The position numbers and the translations under genes were made by a program. From positions 48,915-112,914 of the forward strand of contig VRVR01000027.1 of the NCBI GenBank assembly GCA_009859145.1: a DNA stretch of 64,000 nt, given 5' to 3'. Source of the stretch: Andalucia godoyi And28. Its lineage: Eukaryota; Protista; Jakobida. The notes below the pieces were generated by a model. That model searched no databases and was not told where the DNA came from. It saw nothing but the letters and a program-made list of their open reading frames with translations. How positions within the stretch are numbered: position 1 is the stretch's first letter; each line of letters starts with the position of its first letter. Positions 42,312 through 51,811 of this stretch are shown here, piece by piece.

Positions 42312-45300
42312 ATGACGTACGAACATACATTCGTGGTGAGAGGCGCAACGTGCTCACATCATTGTCCCCAACGCATTTCCAAAGTCATTTCCGCTCTTCC
42401 AGGAGTGCTGTCCGTCGACGTTGATGTATCCACGTGGCAAGTTGTCGTGACGAGTACCCTCGTTGAGACCTTCACTCTCCTTTCTGTGGTGGCGGACGCC
42501 GGATATTCTGCAGGCCTTTCAGCTTCATCTTGTGTGCTGACAGCATACGAGAGCCAGCAACCAGACATTGAGAAGGCTCCATTGTTCGCGGTCCCGTCGA
42601 CGGCATTGCGCTCGGATCTTGGTGAGAATTCCAAAGTGTTGTGGGTGCATTACCAGTCGCAAGCGGATATTCCGACGACAATTCTTGGTGTTGATGGAAG
42701 TCCACTCTGGAAGCTGCGAACTTCGCATTCTCGTTCTTTTGCATTCCGGGCCGCAAATGTTGAAGAAGCCGTCCTGATGTCGCTTCCTGGTGTTCTTGCG
42801 GTGAAGGCTGTGGATTCTGAAACCTGTCTCTTGCAGGCTACAGTATCGGTTGGTTCGATCCTTGTGGCACGGGCGTTCGCGAGAGGCGTCGACCTCGCGG
42901 AAGCTGTGGTGGAAACATCCCCTTCGGATTCTCAGCATGTGCAAGCAGAGAAACCTGTTTCAGTTTCCGAAGTGCAACTCATCGCCACCAGGGACACACC
43001 GTCGCTGGTGTTTACCATCAAGGGTATGAGATGCCAACGCGGATGTGCCGACTACATATCTAGCCTGGTCCGAGAAGCAAAGTTGCACAATGTTTCGTCG
43101 GTAGAGTGTTCGTTTTCGACGGGTCTCTTGACCTTGTCTTTGGCAGAGGAGGGACCTTATGATCCAACTCTTCGCGAGCAGATCGCTTCCATCGTTTCTG
43201 CAGCAGGCTACCAGCTGGAGGCTGAAGATCAACGGAATTCTTCGGTTGAAGCAACGCCTTCGCAGTCTGATCGCGGTTCGAAAAGACAGTCAAGAGGATA
43301 TGAACATGTGGCCTCATCACTCTTCACAAGCGTCGATTCTCAGGTAGATGTGCCCCTTATCGAAGAATTCGCTTCGGTTTTTCAAGTGAAAGGTATGACA
43401 TGTGCGTCTTGTGCAGCAGCAATTTCACGTGCTGTCAATGCGCTTCCTGGCGTTGTCCATGTCGACGTTGCAGTGCTCCTAGATAAGGCGACTGTTTATC
43501 ATGATCCAAATTGTACTGATCGTGACAGAATTGCGCAAGCCATCATGGATGCGGGATACGAAGTGGAGTTCATTACCGACAGTGCACAGGAGAAATCTCG
43601 ATCCTCTGGAAAAGCTCCCATCATTCGTCGATATCGAGTGTCTGGTATGTCATGTCCCCATCACATTGAAGATGTGAAGGCAGCCCTTTTCATGGCAGAT
43701 CCGTCGCATGTTGTCAAAGTTGATGTCCTGGACTCCAAAGACAAGGATGGAGTTGTTGAAGGATGGCAGTTTCGGTCAGAGGAACAACGGGACGTCGTCG
43801 TCCATTCAGTTAGTGCCTCGCGAGAATCCGTTCCTCTAGGCCCACGTGCGCTTCTCAAGATCTTGTCCTCTCTAGAACTTTCTGCTTCTCTTGTGTCCAA
43901 TGTCGAAGACGAACGGATTCGCGAAGCTCTGATGCGTACAGAAGAAATCAAAATGTGGAAATCACGATTTCTCTGGTCTCTTTTGTTCACAATCCCTGTT
44001 GTCGTGATCGCAATGGGTCTTGTTTGGATTCCGGCCATCCACATGAATCGGAATGTGTGGCTTACGTTGGGGTTTGTCCAACTCGCACTCACGTCGTACG
44101 TCCAGTTTGTAAGCGGTGCTGTGTTTCATCGGCATGCCTGGCTGGCGCTGCGTTCCGGGTCCGCAACCATGGATGTTCTCATTTCGATTGGGACTCTTGC
44201 AGCATATTTGTATTCTGTCTTCAGTCTTGCTTATATGGTTGCGGTTCCGTCTTATCTCGGGGATTTCTTTTTCGAAACTGCAGCTGCTCTAATTGCCTTC
44301 ATGTTGTTGGGAAAATATCTCGAAAACGTGGCGAAGGGCAAGTCGTCGGAAGCGATGATCAAGCTTCTTGACTTGAAGCCATCAAAAGCATTTGTTATTT
44401 GTGGACTTGATCGATCGAATGTTGAGGAGATCGACGCGTCGCTGATTGAGGAAGGAGATATTCTTCGAGTGAGAGCGGGGGACAAGATGCCTTGCGACGG
44501 AGAAGTCGAGGATGGGTCTGCGTTGGTGGATGAATCCATGCTGACTGGAGAATCAATGCCAGTGCGGAAGCAAAAAGAAATGCCGATTATCGGAGGGACG
44601 ATTGTGCGAGAAGGAGTGTTGTTTATCAGGGCCGCCAGGCTCGGTGATGATTCCACGCTGTCACAAATGTTGAAGCTCATGGAGAACGCGCAGTCGTCGA
44701 AAGCGCCGTCGCAGCGGCTTGCCGACCGAATTTCCACCGTCTTTGTTCCGTGCATCATTGTTCTTTCCATCTTCGTGTTCTTCATCTGGCTGGGCATTAC
44801 GTTGTCTGGAACCGTGTCGACGGCCCCGCTGCACCCAGCAGTGTTCTCGTTGATTGTCGCGATCGCTGTGCTTGTTGTTGCCTGTCCCTGTGCGCTCGGA
44901 CTCGCGACACCTACTGCTGTTCTGGTTGGCTGTGGCGTGGGAGCCATGTTTGGAATCCTCATCAAGAGCGGCGAGGCGCTTGAATTTGCAGCAAGCTCGC
45001 GCATCGTTTGTTTCGACAAGACCGGGACTCTCACACAAGGGAAGCCTCGAGTAGAGACGCATGAGTTCTACGATTTTGTACAAGGAGACTCCACAGTCAT
45101 TGTAAGGAGCGAGATCTTGGAGCTGGTTCGTATTTTAGAGTCTCAGTCGGAGCATCCCATCGCCGCCGCCATTGTCGCCTTTATTGAGACCATGCAGGCG
45201 CAGACCGGCAAACCTCAAAGTGCATCGGAGTGCAAATCTTTCCAGACGTTTCCTGGGCAAGGAGTGACGGGCGTTTTCGAAATAGGTGAAGCAGAGGTGA

Positions 45301-46091
45301 ATGTGGTTGTGGGAACGGAACAATTCCTGATTTCGTGCGGTGCACGTTTTCCTTCAGCGTGCAGAAAGCAATTGTCTGCGAGCGTACAAGCGGGTTTGTC
45401 GATAGTTCTAGTATCTGTCCGAGGAGAAGTAGTCGCCCAGTTTGGTCTTGGTGACACGGTTCGGACGGATGCTGCTGCCACAGTTGCTGCCCTCGGAACC
45501 ATGGGAATGCGAGTGTACATGGTGTCTGGGGACAATGTTGCTGCAGCTGAGCGTGTCGGCAAGATTGTTGGGATTCCTTCCGAACGAGTGGTTGCTGGTG
45601 TTCTGCCCTCTGGCAAGATTGAGACTATTAGGCGCCTTCAAGCGGAAGGTATTCTGTTGCATGAAAGTGCAGGGCAAAAGAAACAGGGTAGTGCAATTCC
45701 CATCCGCCACAAGGTCATTCATGTTGGAGATGGATTGAACGATGCTCCGGCACTGATGCAGGCGGATGTGGGTGTTGCAGTCGCAGCTGGGACAGATGTT
45801 GCGCTGGAATCTGCTGGTATTGTCCTGATGAAAGACTGCATTTGGGATGTGGTCATTGCTATCCACCTAGCTCGGACAGTCCTCCGAAGAATCTGGATTA
45901 ATTATGGATGGGCTCTTGGGTACAACATTGTCGCCATCCCAATTGCGGCAGGTGTCTTGTATCCTCTTGTGCAGTATATGGTTCCACCGATTGCTGCGGG
46001 CGTGGCAATGGTCTTGTCCTCTCTGTCTGTCTTGTTGTCGTCTCTTCTTCTGAAGCGGTACCAGCCGCCCGGGAGCCGCGTGTTGATATGA
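42312..46091 (+). CDS. ATP7: P1B-1 Cu(I)-transporting ATPase (ATP7/CCC2/CopA-like) with four N-terminal HMA-like domains
   Basis: HMA motifs GATCSHHC, GMRCQRGC, GMTCASC, GMSCPHH; TGES, VVACPCALGLATP, DKTGTLT, SEHP, GDGLNDAPAL, GYN and AMVLSS (YN and MxxSS are P1B-1 signatures). Confidence 0.96.
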   Translation: MTYEHTFVVRGATCSHHCPQRISKVISALPGVLSVDVDVSTWQVVVTSTLVETFTLLSVVADAGYSAGLSASSCVLTAYESQQPDIEKAPLFAVPSTALRSDLGENSKVLWVHYQSQADIPTTILGVDGSPLWKLRTSHSRSFAFRAANVEEAVLMSLPGVLAVKAVDSETCLLQATVSVGSILVARAFARGVDLAEAVVETSPSDSQHVQAEKPVSVSEVQLIATRDTPSLVFTIKGMRCQRGCADYISSLVREAKLHNVSSVECSFSTGLLTLSLAEEGPYDPTLREQIASIVSAAGYQLEAEDQRNSSVEATPSQSDRGSKRQSRGYEHVASSLFTSVDSQVDVPLIEEFASVFQVKGMTCASCAAAISRAVNALPGVVHVDVAVLLDKATVYHDPNCTDRDRIAQAIMDAGYEVEFITDSAQEKSRSSGKAPIIRRYRVSGMSCPHHIEDVKAALFMADPSHVVKVDVLDSKDKDGVVEGWQFRSEEQRDVVVHSVSASRESVPLGPRALLKILSSLELSASLVSNVEDERIREALMRTEEIKMWKSRFLWSLLFTIPVVVIAMGLVWIPAIHMNRNVWLTLGFVQLALTSYVQFVSGAVFHRHAWLALRSGSATMDVLISIGTLAAYLYSVFSLAYMVAVPSYLGDFFFETAAALIAFMLLGKYLENVAKGKSSEAMIKLLDLKPSKAFVICGLDRSNVEEIDASLIEEGDILRVRAGDKMPCDGEVEDGSALVDESMLTGESMPVRKQKEMPIIGGTIVREGVLFIRAARLGDDSTLSQMLKLMENAQSSKAPSQRLADRISTVFVPCIIVLSIFVFFIWLGITLSGTVSTAPLHPAVFSLIVAIAVLVVACPCALGLATPTAVLVGCGVGAMFGILIKSGEALEFAASSRIVCFDKTGTLTQGKPRVETHEFYDFVQGDSTVIVRSEILELVRILESQSEHPIAAAIVAFIETMQAQTGKPQSASECKSFQTFPGQGVTGVFEIGEAEVNVVVGTEQFLISCGARFPSACRKQLSASVQAGLSIVLVSVRGEVVAQFGLGDTVRTDAAATVAALGTMGMRVYMVSGDNVAAAERVGKIVGIPSERVVAGVLPSGKIETIRRLQAEGILLHESAGQKKQGSAIPIRHKVIHVGDGLNDAPALMQADVGVAVAAGTDVALESAGIVLMKDCIWDVVIAIHLARTVLRRIWINYGWALGYNIVAIPIAAGVLYPLVQYMVPPIAAGVAMVLSSLSVLLSSLLLKRYQPPGSRVLI

Positions 46092-46473
46092 CCATGTCGA
46101 ACTAGCGTGAACGTTGATTTTATCGTGCAGTCCAGTGTTTAGGGTTAGTTATTTTGGGGAGTCGGACTGGAAAGGTGTAAACGGCAAGAAAAGAAGAGTT
46201 CGTCAATGCAGTTCCGGCGACCCGAACTTTTGCCGAGATTTTTAACAAGAAATGATTCACATTGATTGGTATGGTCCATCGTTGGCAAGGCGGAAAATGG
46301 TGGAAGAATGTCCTTGAGAATCGCCCAAAGAGATGGAACCGCCGTCTCGTACAATTCGATGCAGGGCAGCGGGAATCGACAATGATGACAATTCGGGAAC
46401 GCTTGAGTTGTATTCATGATGAATTTACCGCCAATACCATTCTGGTCCTTCGGCACCACTAGAAGAATCACAG

Positions 46474-47319
46474 CTACCACTGTTGCGACGGCATAAAAGA
46501 CATCATTACATACACAAAACGATACGATGGATCTCGAATGAAAACAGCCCGCGACAGAACCGACTGGACAGAGCCGTTGGCGAAACGGATTTGCAGTCGA
46601 AAGGCGCGTTTCGAAGTCGGGCATATTCCACCCCACATACTGCAGCAGTCGCCTTCGACAATGATGTCTCTCAGAGAACGGGAACTTTCAACACCATCGC
46701 TGGAAAATCCACTCCAAACTTGGAATTCGCGATTTGAAGCGACAATTTCCAACTCCTCATGAAATTGAATAACAACGGCGGGAGTGGGAAAATCGAAGAA
46801 ACAAATGGACCGAAGTTTATCCAAGAGCGGTGCTGTATTATGGAGGTCGGAAAGAGGGACAAAAAAGTCAGCGGGTGTGATTGTTGTAGAACAATTCAAC
46901 TTTGCAACAAACGAGGCATTGGCGCCCGTACAAGCACCCTGACAGCGGCAAATAGAATCCGGAATCGTAGGTGGTAGAGCGGCACAGCATACGCCGTGAA
47001 TGCTCGATGACATCACAGGAAACGCTGCGCCTTCGAAAACCGCAGAGGTGGCATTGGATTCAGAAGAAGCGGGATACGGCGATCCTGGAATAGAAAACAA
47101 TGGAGTGGACACAAATGAAAACGAAGGCACCGACAATTCAACGTCTTCGATAGTCTGGATTCGAGAGGGCGCACCCGACAAGAAAATGGACTCAGGGTAC
47201 TCGCAACGATGATTTCGAGAAACACACCGTTCGCACGGATTCAGGTCAACGTGAATGCAACGCTTCTTATGCTTTTGGCACTCGAAACAGGATTTCAACC
47301 GACTCCGAGTAGACGACAT
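46474..47319 (-). CDS. Zn(II)2Cys6 binuclear-cluster transcription factor with possible C-terminal PAS-like domain
   Basis: SCFECQKHKKRCIHVDLNPCERCVSRNHRCEY; the C-terminal IVASNREFQVWSGFS...SLRDII...FRLQIRFANG looks PAS-like. Confidence 0.8.
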   Translation of the reverse strand: MSSTRSRLKSCFECQKHKKRCIHVDLNPCERCVSRNHRCEYPESIFLSGAPSRIQTIEDVELSVPSFSFVSTPLFSIPGSPYPASSESNATSAVFEGAAFPVMSSSIHGVCCAALPPTIPDSICRCQGACTGANASFVAKLNCSTTITPADFFVPLSDLHNTAPLLDKLRSICFFDFPTPAVVIQFHEELEIVASNREFQVWSGFSSDGVESSRSLRDIIVEGDCCSMWGGICPTSKRAFRLQIRFANGSVQSVLSRAVFIRDPSYRFVYVMMSFMPSQQW

Positions 47320-47724
47320 TTAAGCAGAAACTTTCGATTTGGCGCTAGTCGACGTCAAAAGATGAACAAATGCATTCAAGCTCGAGAGAAAGAAAAATGA
47401 AGCGGCTGGAAGGAGGATCCAAGGCAGATTCGGTCGGAAAGGACGATCCAAGTTTGATGAGGCTGGCTGTCACTGGTGTCAGACTCAAGTCGGTCACGCA
47501 ATCACAGTGTCAAGATTCATGAAAAACTGGTTCATTTTTTCATTTGGAAAACTTTGACCGCTGTTGGTGTGCGTTGGCCAGTACGAACCTCTGATTAAAC
47601 GAATGTCCAATAAAGAATCGGCTCATCTGCTTGTTCATGCGCAGAGTAGCGATTCGGCATCCATCAACGTACCTGAAACGTTCACAAAACCTCGGGAAAC
47701 GACGTCAAAAGGTGGTATTTTAGG

Positions 47725-48141
47725 TTGCGCTGGCTTTTTTCGGGATCCGGCGGCCGTTTTTTGGCTGCTTTGAGACAGGGAAGTAATACCACGGTGGGGG
47801 ATTGGAGAGGTGACTCTTTTATCTTTTCAGCAGCCGTGGTCGGGTTGATTGTCGTCATCATTGCCGCTGCATTAGCGTTGTGTAATTCCGTGCTTGCTGG
47901 AAGCCTGTTTGTTTTTGTTTTTTTGCAGGGAATAACGATTGGAGCGTGCTCTGTGTCTCTGTTATATCGGTTCCGGTGGACATACTCCGCAATCATATTT
48001 GGCTCCGGACTCCTTGGCTGGATCAAGAAGAACCACGATCGCAAACCTGGAAATGTTCACAAGCAAAGAGCGCCTCCGCAGGAAGAACTTCCGGAAGAAT
48101 GCAACTCTGAGATCGGGATTGTGGCATCATCCTGGAGATGA
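47725..48141 (+). CDS. Hypothetical membrane protein or fragment
   Basis: Three hydrophobic segments; no family recognised; start is a non-ATG codon in the track. Confidence 0.3.
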   Translation: MRWLFSGSGGRFLAALRQGSNTTVGDWRGDSFIFSAAVVGLIVVIIAAALALCNSVLAGSLFVFVFLQGITIGACSVSLLYRFRWTYSAIIFGSGLLGWIKKNHDRKPGNVHKQRAPPQEELPEECNSEIGIVASSWR

Positions 48142-48466
48142 CGCCAGGATTCAAGACAACATCCCAAAAATCCTAGCTGTGGGATGAACGTTCGACAACC
48201 TGTGAGGCCTCTGCAGACAACACGAGAACAACTGGAATTCTAGCCGACACGTTGCACGATCGCGGAGGCAGTCATCAAACGGGGAATAGGATCAAGAACA
48301 GAAATCGAAGATTCCAGTAATTTCAAACATGAGATGTCGCGTGCCAGACCCTGTAAAACTGAAGTCTTCGCAGTCTAAACTCATTCTGTCATCGATCAAA
48401 AAGAAATGGAAAATTGTTTACCAAGAAGAGGTTTCGGTCTCCTCCAGGTGAGAAAAGAGAAACAGT

Positions 48467-48509
48467 CATGGGTAGGTTACTAACCGTACATATATGTAGG
48501 GGGTGCGGG
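48467..48509 (+). repeat. Left terminal inverted repeat (43 bp)
   Basis: Exact reverse complement of 55705-55747; begins CATG like P-element termini. Confidence 0.97.
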
Positions 48510-48850
48510 ATCACGAAAAAAATACGATCGTTTTTTCCGATCATCCATTATGCACGAAAAAAACTGACACCACACAACAATCATAAGACATCAATTTCAG
48601 AAAGTCACCCAAGCAGACCCGTTCACATGATTATCTAATGAATTGATCATTGATGGACTCATCCATCACGAATTTTGACAGTTCGACTCATTCGTGTCAG
48701 CTGAGTTGTTTGAGTCCGGTGCAAGCAGACAGACAAGCACGTTGCGTATCTTTGCTTGCTTGTTCTTTCTTTCTCTTTCGTTTACCACGTTTGTGTTTGC
48801 TTTGTTGTATTCCAGTACCGCCACAGGCGAGTGGATAACGAATCTACGAT

Positions 48851-51811
48851 TTACGTTCCTTCCGTTTCGCAATTGCCTGTTCGCGCAAAGAAAACGCAAA
48901 CAGGGCGGTAATTTGGACCGAAGTAATGCCGTGTCCATATCGATGTGGTTCCGGCAACAACTCTCCACCGAGGCTGAGATATTGCGCTGTCATAGGCCAG
49001 AAGTTGCATTTTGCCACCGATTGGCACACGAATAATACACAGGAAATGTTCCGTATCGTTGTACATGATCCCACAAACCTTCCAACAGGATCCTTTTTCA
49101 CAACGAACTAAATCAATGTTCTCCAGCTGATTCACGTCCAGTGCGTCTTCAGCAAGTGGTGCTCTTGAAAAGTGTTGTCTTTGAACCTTGTCTTGTTGTG
49201 GTTCTCGCTTCCTTTCTTCTGCAATACGCAACTTTTCGGTGCGGACGCTATCCAAATACGGAGACGCAAATTCAACGGCTGCGAATGCTCCATCCTCTGT
49301 TGACAGTGCTTCTGATAACTTTCGCATCAAATCCAGGGGGCGCTCCACGACTACCGTTAGATACTTGTCTTCTGCTTTGCAGAAGAACAAAGATCTATTC
49401 CAGTATAAGGGTGCCAACATGAGAGTAGTTGCGCAGGTCATCATGTCCATCGGTCTTTGCAATATCCAATCTGGTTTCACGAAACCTGTTTCACGTATCC
49501 AGTCAATCATCAGGTCGATTAACACGATGTCTTTCTTGGACCTTCTTTCTGTAATGATTTCCAAAATCATTTTCGATAAAATTCCATCGATTGCGCATTT
49601 CGATGCATGTAAATCATCGAGCACGCTTGTACTCGTGTTACACATGCATCCAATGATACATACAACGGGGGTCCATACCGAGCAACTGTGGAAGAATCCA
49701 ACATTGCCTCCGTTCTTGAAAGTAACATTGATGGTGGACGTGATCTGTTCCTTTTTCAGATTGAACACCTCAATGTTGCCCAAGATTGTAGAATGCGTAC
49801 GAGCTTCGGATTCGGAAGTTGAAGAGCGGATTCCTGCAAGAGGGTGTTGCGAGCCAGACAGCCTGAGAGATTTGGACGGTTTCAAAAATCCATCTAGAGT
49901 TCCCCGTGTACCAGAAAACGGGAGGTGAAGGTCATTCGAGAGAGGCGGCGTATCGGGAGAAGCAACCACCCTTAATGCGTGGGGAATCGCTGAAACGCCG
50001 TTATCACTATTCCTTGTCTTTGTCAGGCCATCATCCGTTAAAATATTCGTGCGTTCAGTTTGTTCACAACGGGTGCAGGGATCTTTCACACTGAACTTCT
50101 CCGATTTCTCTCCAATTCCAGGATTTTCCAAGGACGGATTCACAGAACTACCATCTGTCTCCGTTCCTTCCCTCATTGTATCCATCGAAATTCGAACACT
50201 TAAGGGTTGGCATGAACCAGGTATGTCCGTCAGAATCTGCCAATCTTCCGCAAGATTTGCAATTGTAAACGGGCCAAAATCATTCAGGCACACAACCTGA
50301 GAAGACTTGTCGATGTCATCGCACAAATACAGGCTATGATCAGATGCACACCTACCATACCGACATAACTGCACTTTTCGAGTGGACACTTCAATAACTC
50401 TGTCGACAAAGTACACAGCATCTCGACTGTCAGAGAATATCCACTCGCGAACAGGTATTTGAAGAGCTGAATCGACAACTTCGCTGATGAGTGGAAAAGA
50501 CTGATCAGATGCATCATCAATTGCAAGGAATCTGACCAAAGAGTCGTACATTTGATTTAGACATGATTCTGTTAAAGCCAGAAAATTGTGTTCATCTGAA
50601 CGACCGCGGTCTTGCAAATTGGAAGCAGGACGGAAAGCAGCCACGGACAAAATCCGGCTCCCATCGAAATTGATTCTGGCGTTTCGTTGAACGCTATGAA
50701 TGCAATTTGTTTCACAATACAATAGGCCTCTGCATTCAAAGATATTACGGAACCGTAGAGAGTTGAACACTACACCTGTGTTCTTCGTAGTGTTTTCCTT
50801 CGATTTGATTACATTCTCCAGAAAGCACACGCAAATCAAGTTCTTCGTTAACAACTGATGGACCTCCTCCAGTACTGTTAATGATGGTGTTCTTGAAAGC
50901 ACATTTGTTATGTGTGTAATCAACCGTGCAGTCACCATAGGAAGATCCTGCACTATTGACGGCTTTTGTCCGACCTTGTTGGCAGCTGCTACCGCATCTG
51001 CTTGAGGTACCCATACAACGACCACTTGACCTTGTGCAAACCTATCGCTTCGCATGTCGAATACGTCTTCAAAGTCGCGGCTATTGGCTTCTTTAAATCG
51101 CAAACTTCGCAAAGAAGACAAGGTGAATCGATCGGCAATTCGTTCGACAACTCTATCCAACAAGTGTTGAATCGGAACGATGGTCTCATCCTTGGGTTCA
51201 CAATCTCCTGACGGCACCACGATGTGATCCGGAAAAAGTTTCCTCGTTGTCATTTTTTTCACCTCTTCATTGCAATCTGGAACATCTGGAAGATTGAACG
51301 CATTAACTACAGAGAAAAGATGCTGGGTATCGAAAACACTCGAGTGCCGTCGGGCCACATCGACATCCAAAATATGACGAGAGTGCGAGACTTCCTCGGA
51401 AGCCCATTGGGCATTGAAATCATATTTGTAAATGCACGATATCGTCTCGAGTGACAGCTCTGTCTCGGATACCACTTTTGCACGACCTCGTATCTTCCGC
51501 ATTGCAAAGAATTTCTTGAGCCTATCGTACAGCTTCGGAACCCATTTCTTGACAGCAGCAATCCCTACACTAGCGCCTTTGTTAACATGTTCAACGATAG
51601 ATCCCTGAATACTGATAAAGGGCTGTTTCTTGTTCGACAATTGATCATGCGACAAAAAACACCCAAAAAATTCGTGCAATTTCTCACTAGAAAAGACGGG
51701 GGGGATCAGAGGACCGTTCCGTGAGAATATCCAGGATTGACGAGGCTCTTTGCACGAATACCTTTTGGTCATGCCGCACCTTGATATGGGCAGCCTTATT
51801 CTTTCCGGCAA
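48851..51811 (-). CDS. Transposon-borne ORF (986 aa), probably the C-terminal continuation of the transposase; ends in a USP/papain-like peptidase-fold domain
   Basis: Overlaps the transposase stop. Removing one C from the C7 run at about 51698-51704 fuses the frames (SDPP-VFSSEK). The C-terminus has FKNGGNVGFFHS (Cys-box-like, Gly at the Cys position), RPMD, YNDTEHFLCIIR...AYDS (His-box-like) and VCVFFAR. Confidence 0.7.
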   Translation of the reverse strand: MPERIRLPISRCGMTKRYSCKEPRQSWIFSRNGPLIPPVFSSEKLHEFFGCFLSHDQLSNKKQPFISIQGSIVEHVNKGASVGIAAVKKWVPKLYDRLKKFFAMRKIRGRAKVVSETELSLETISCIYKYDFNAQWASEEVSHSRHILDVDVARRHSSVFDTQHLFSVVNAFNLPDVPDCNEEVKKMTTRKLFPDHIVVPSGDCEPKDETIVPIQHLLDRVVERIADRFTLSSLRSLRFKEANSRDFEDVFDMRSDRFAQGQVVVVWVPQADAVAAANKVGQKPSIVQDLPMVTARLITHITNVLSRTPSLTVLEEVHQLLTKNLICVCFLENVIKSKENTTKNTGVVFNSLRFRNIFECRGLLYCETNCIHSVQRNARINFDGSRILSVAAFRPASNLQDRGRSDEHNFLALTESCLNQMYDSLVRFLAIDDASDQSFPLISEVVDSALQIPVREWIFSDSRDAVYFVDRVIEVSTRKVQLCRYGRCASDHSLYLCDDIDKSSQVVCLNDFGPFTIANLAEDWQILTDIPGSCQPLSVRISMDTMREGTETDGSSVNPSLENPGIGEKSEKFSVKDPCTRCEQTERTNILTDDGLTKTRNSDNGVSAIPHALRVVASPDTPPLSNDLHLPFSGTRGTLDGFLKPSKSLRLSGSQHPLAGIRSSTSESEARTHSTILGNIEVFNLKKEQITSTINVTFKNGGNVGFFHSCSVWTPVVCIIGCMCNTSTSVLDDLHASKCAIDGILSKMILEIITERRSKKDIVLIDLMIDWIRETGFVKPDWILQRPMDMMTCATTLMLAPLYWNRSLFFCKAEDKYLTVVVERPLDLMRKLSEALSTEDGAFAAVEFASPYLDSVRTEKLRIAEERKREPQQDKVQRQHFSRAPLAEDALDVNQLENIDLVRCEKGSCWKVCGIMYNDTEHFLCIIRVPIGGKMQLLAYDSAISQPRWRVVAGTTSIWTRHYFGPNYRPVCVFFARTGNCETEGT

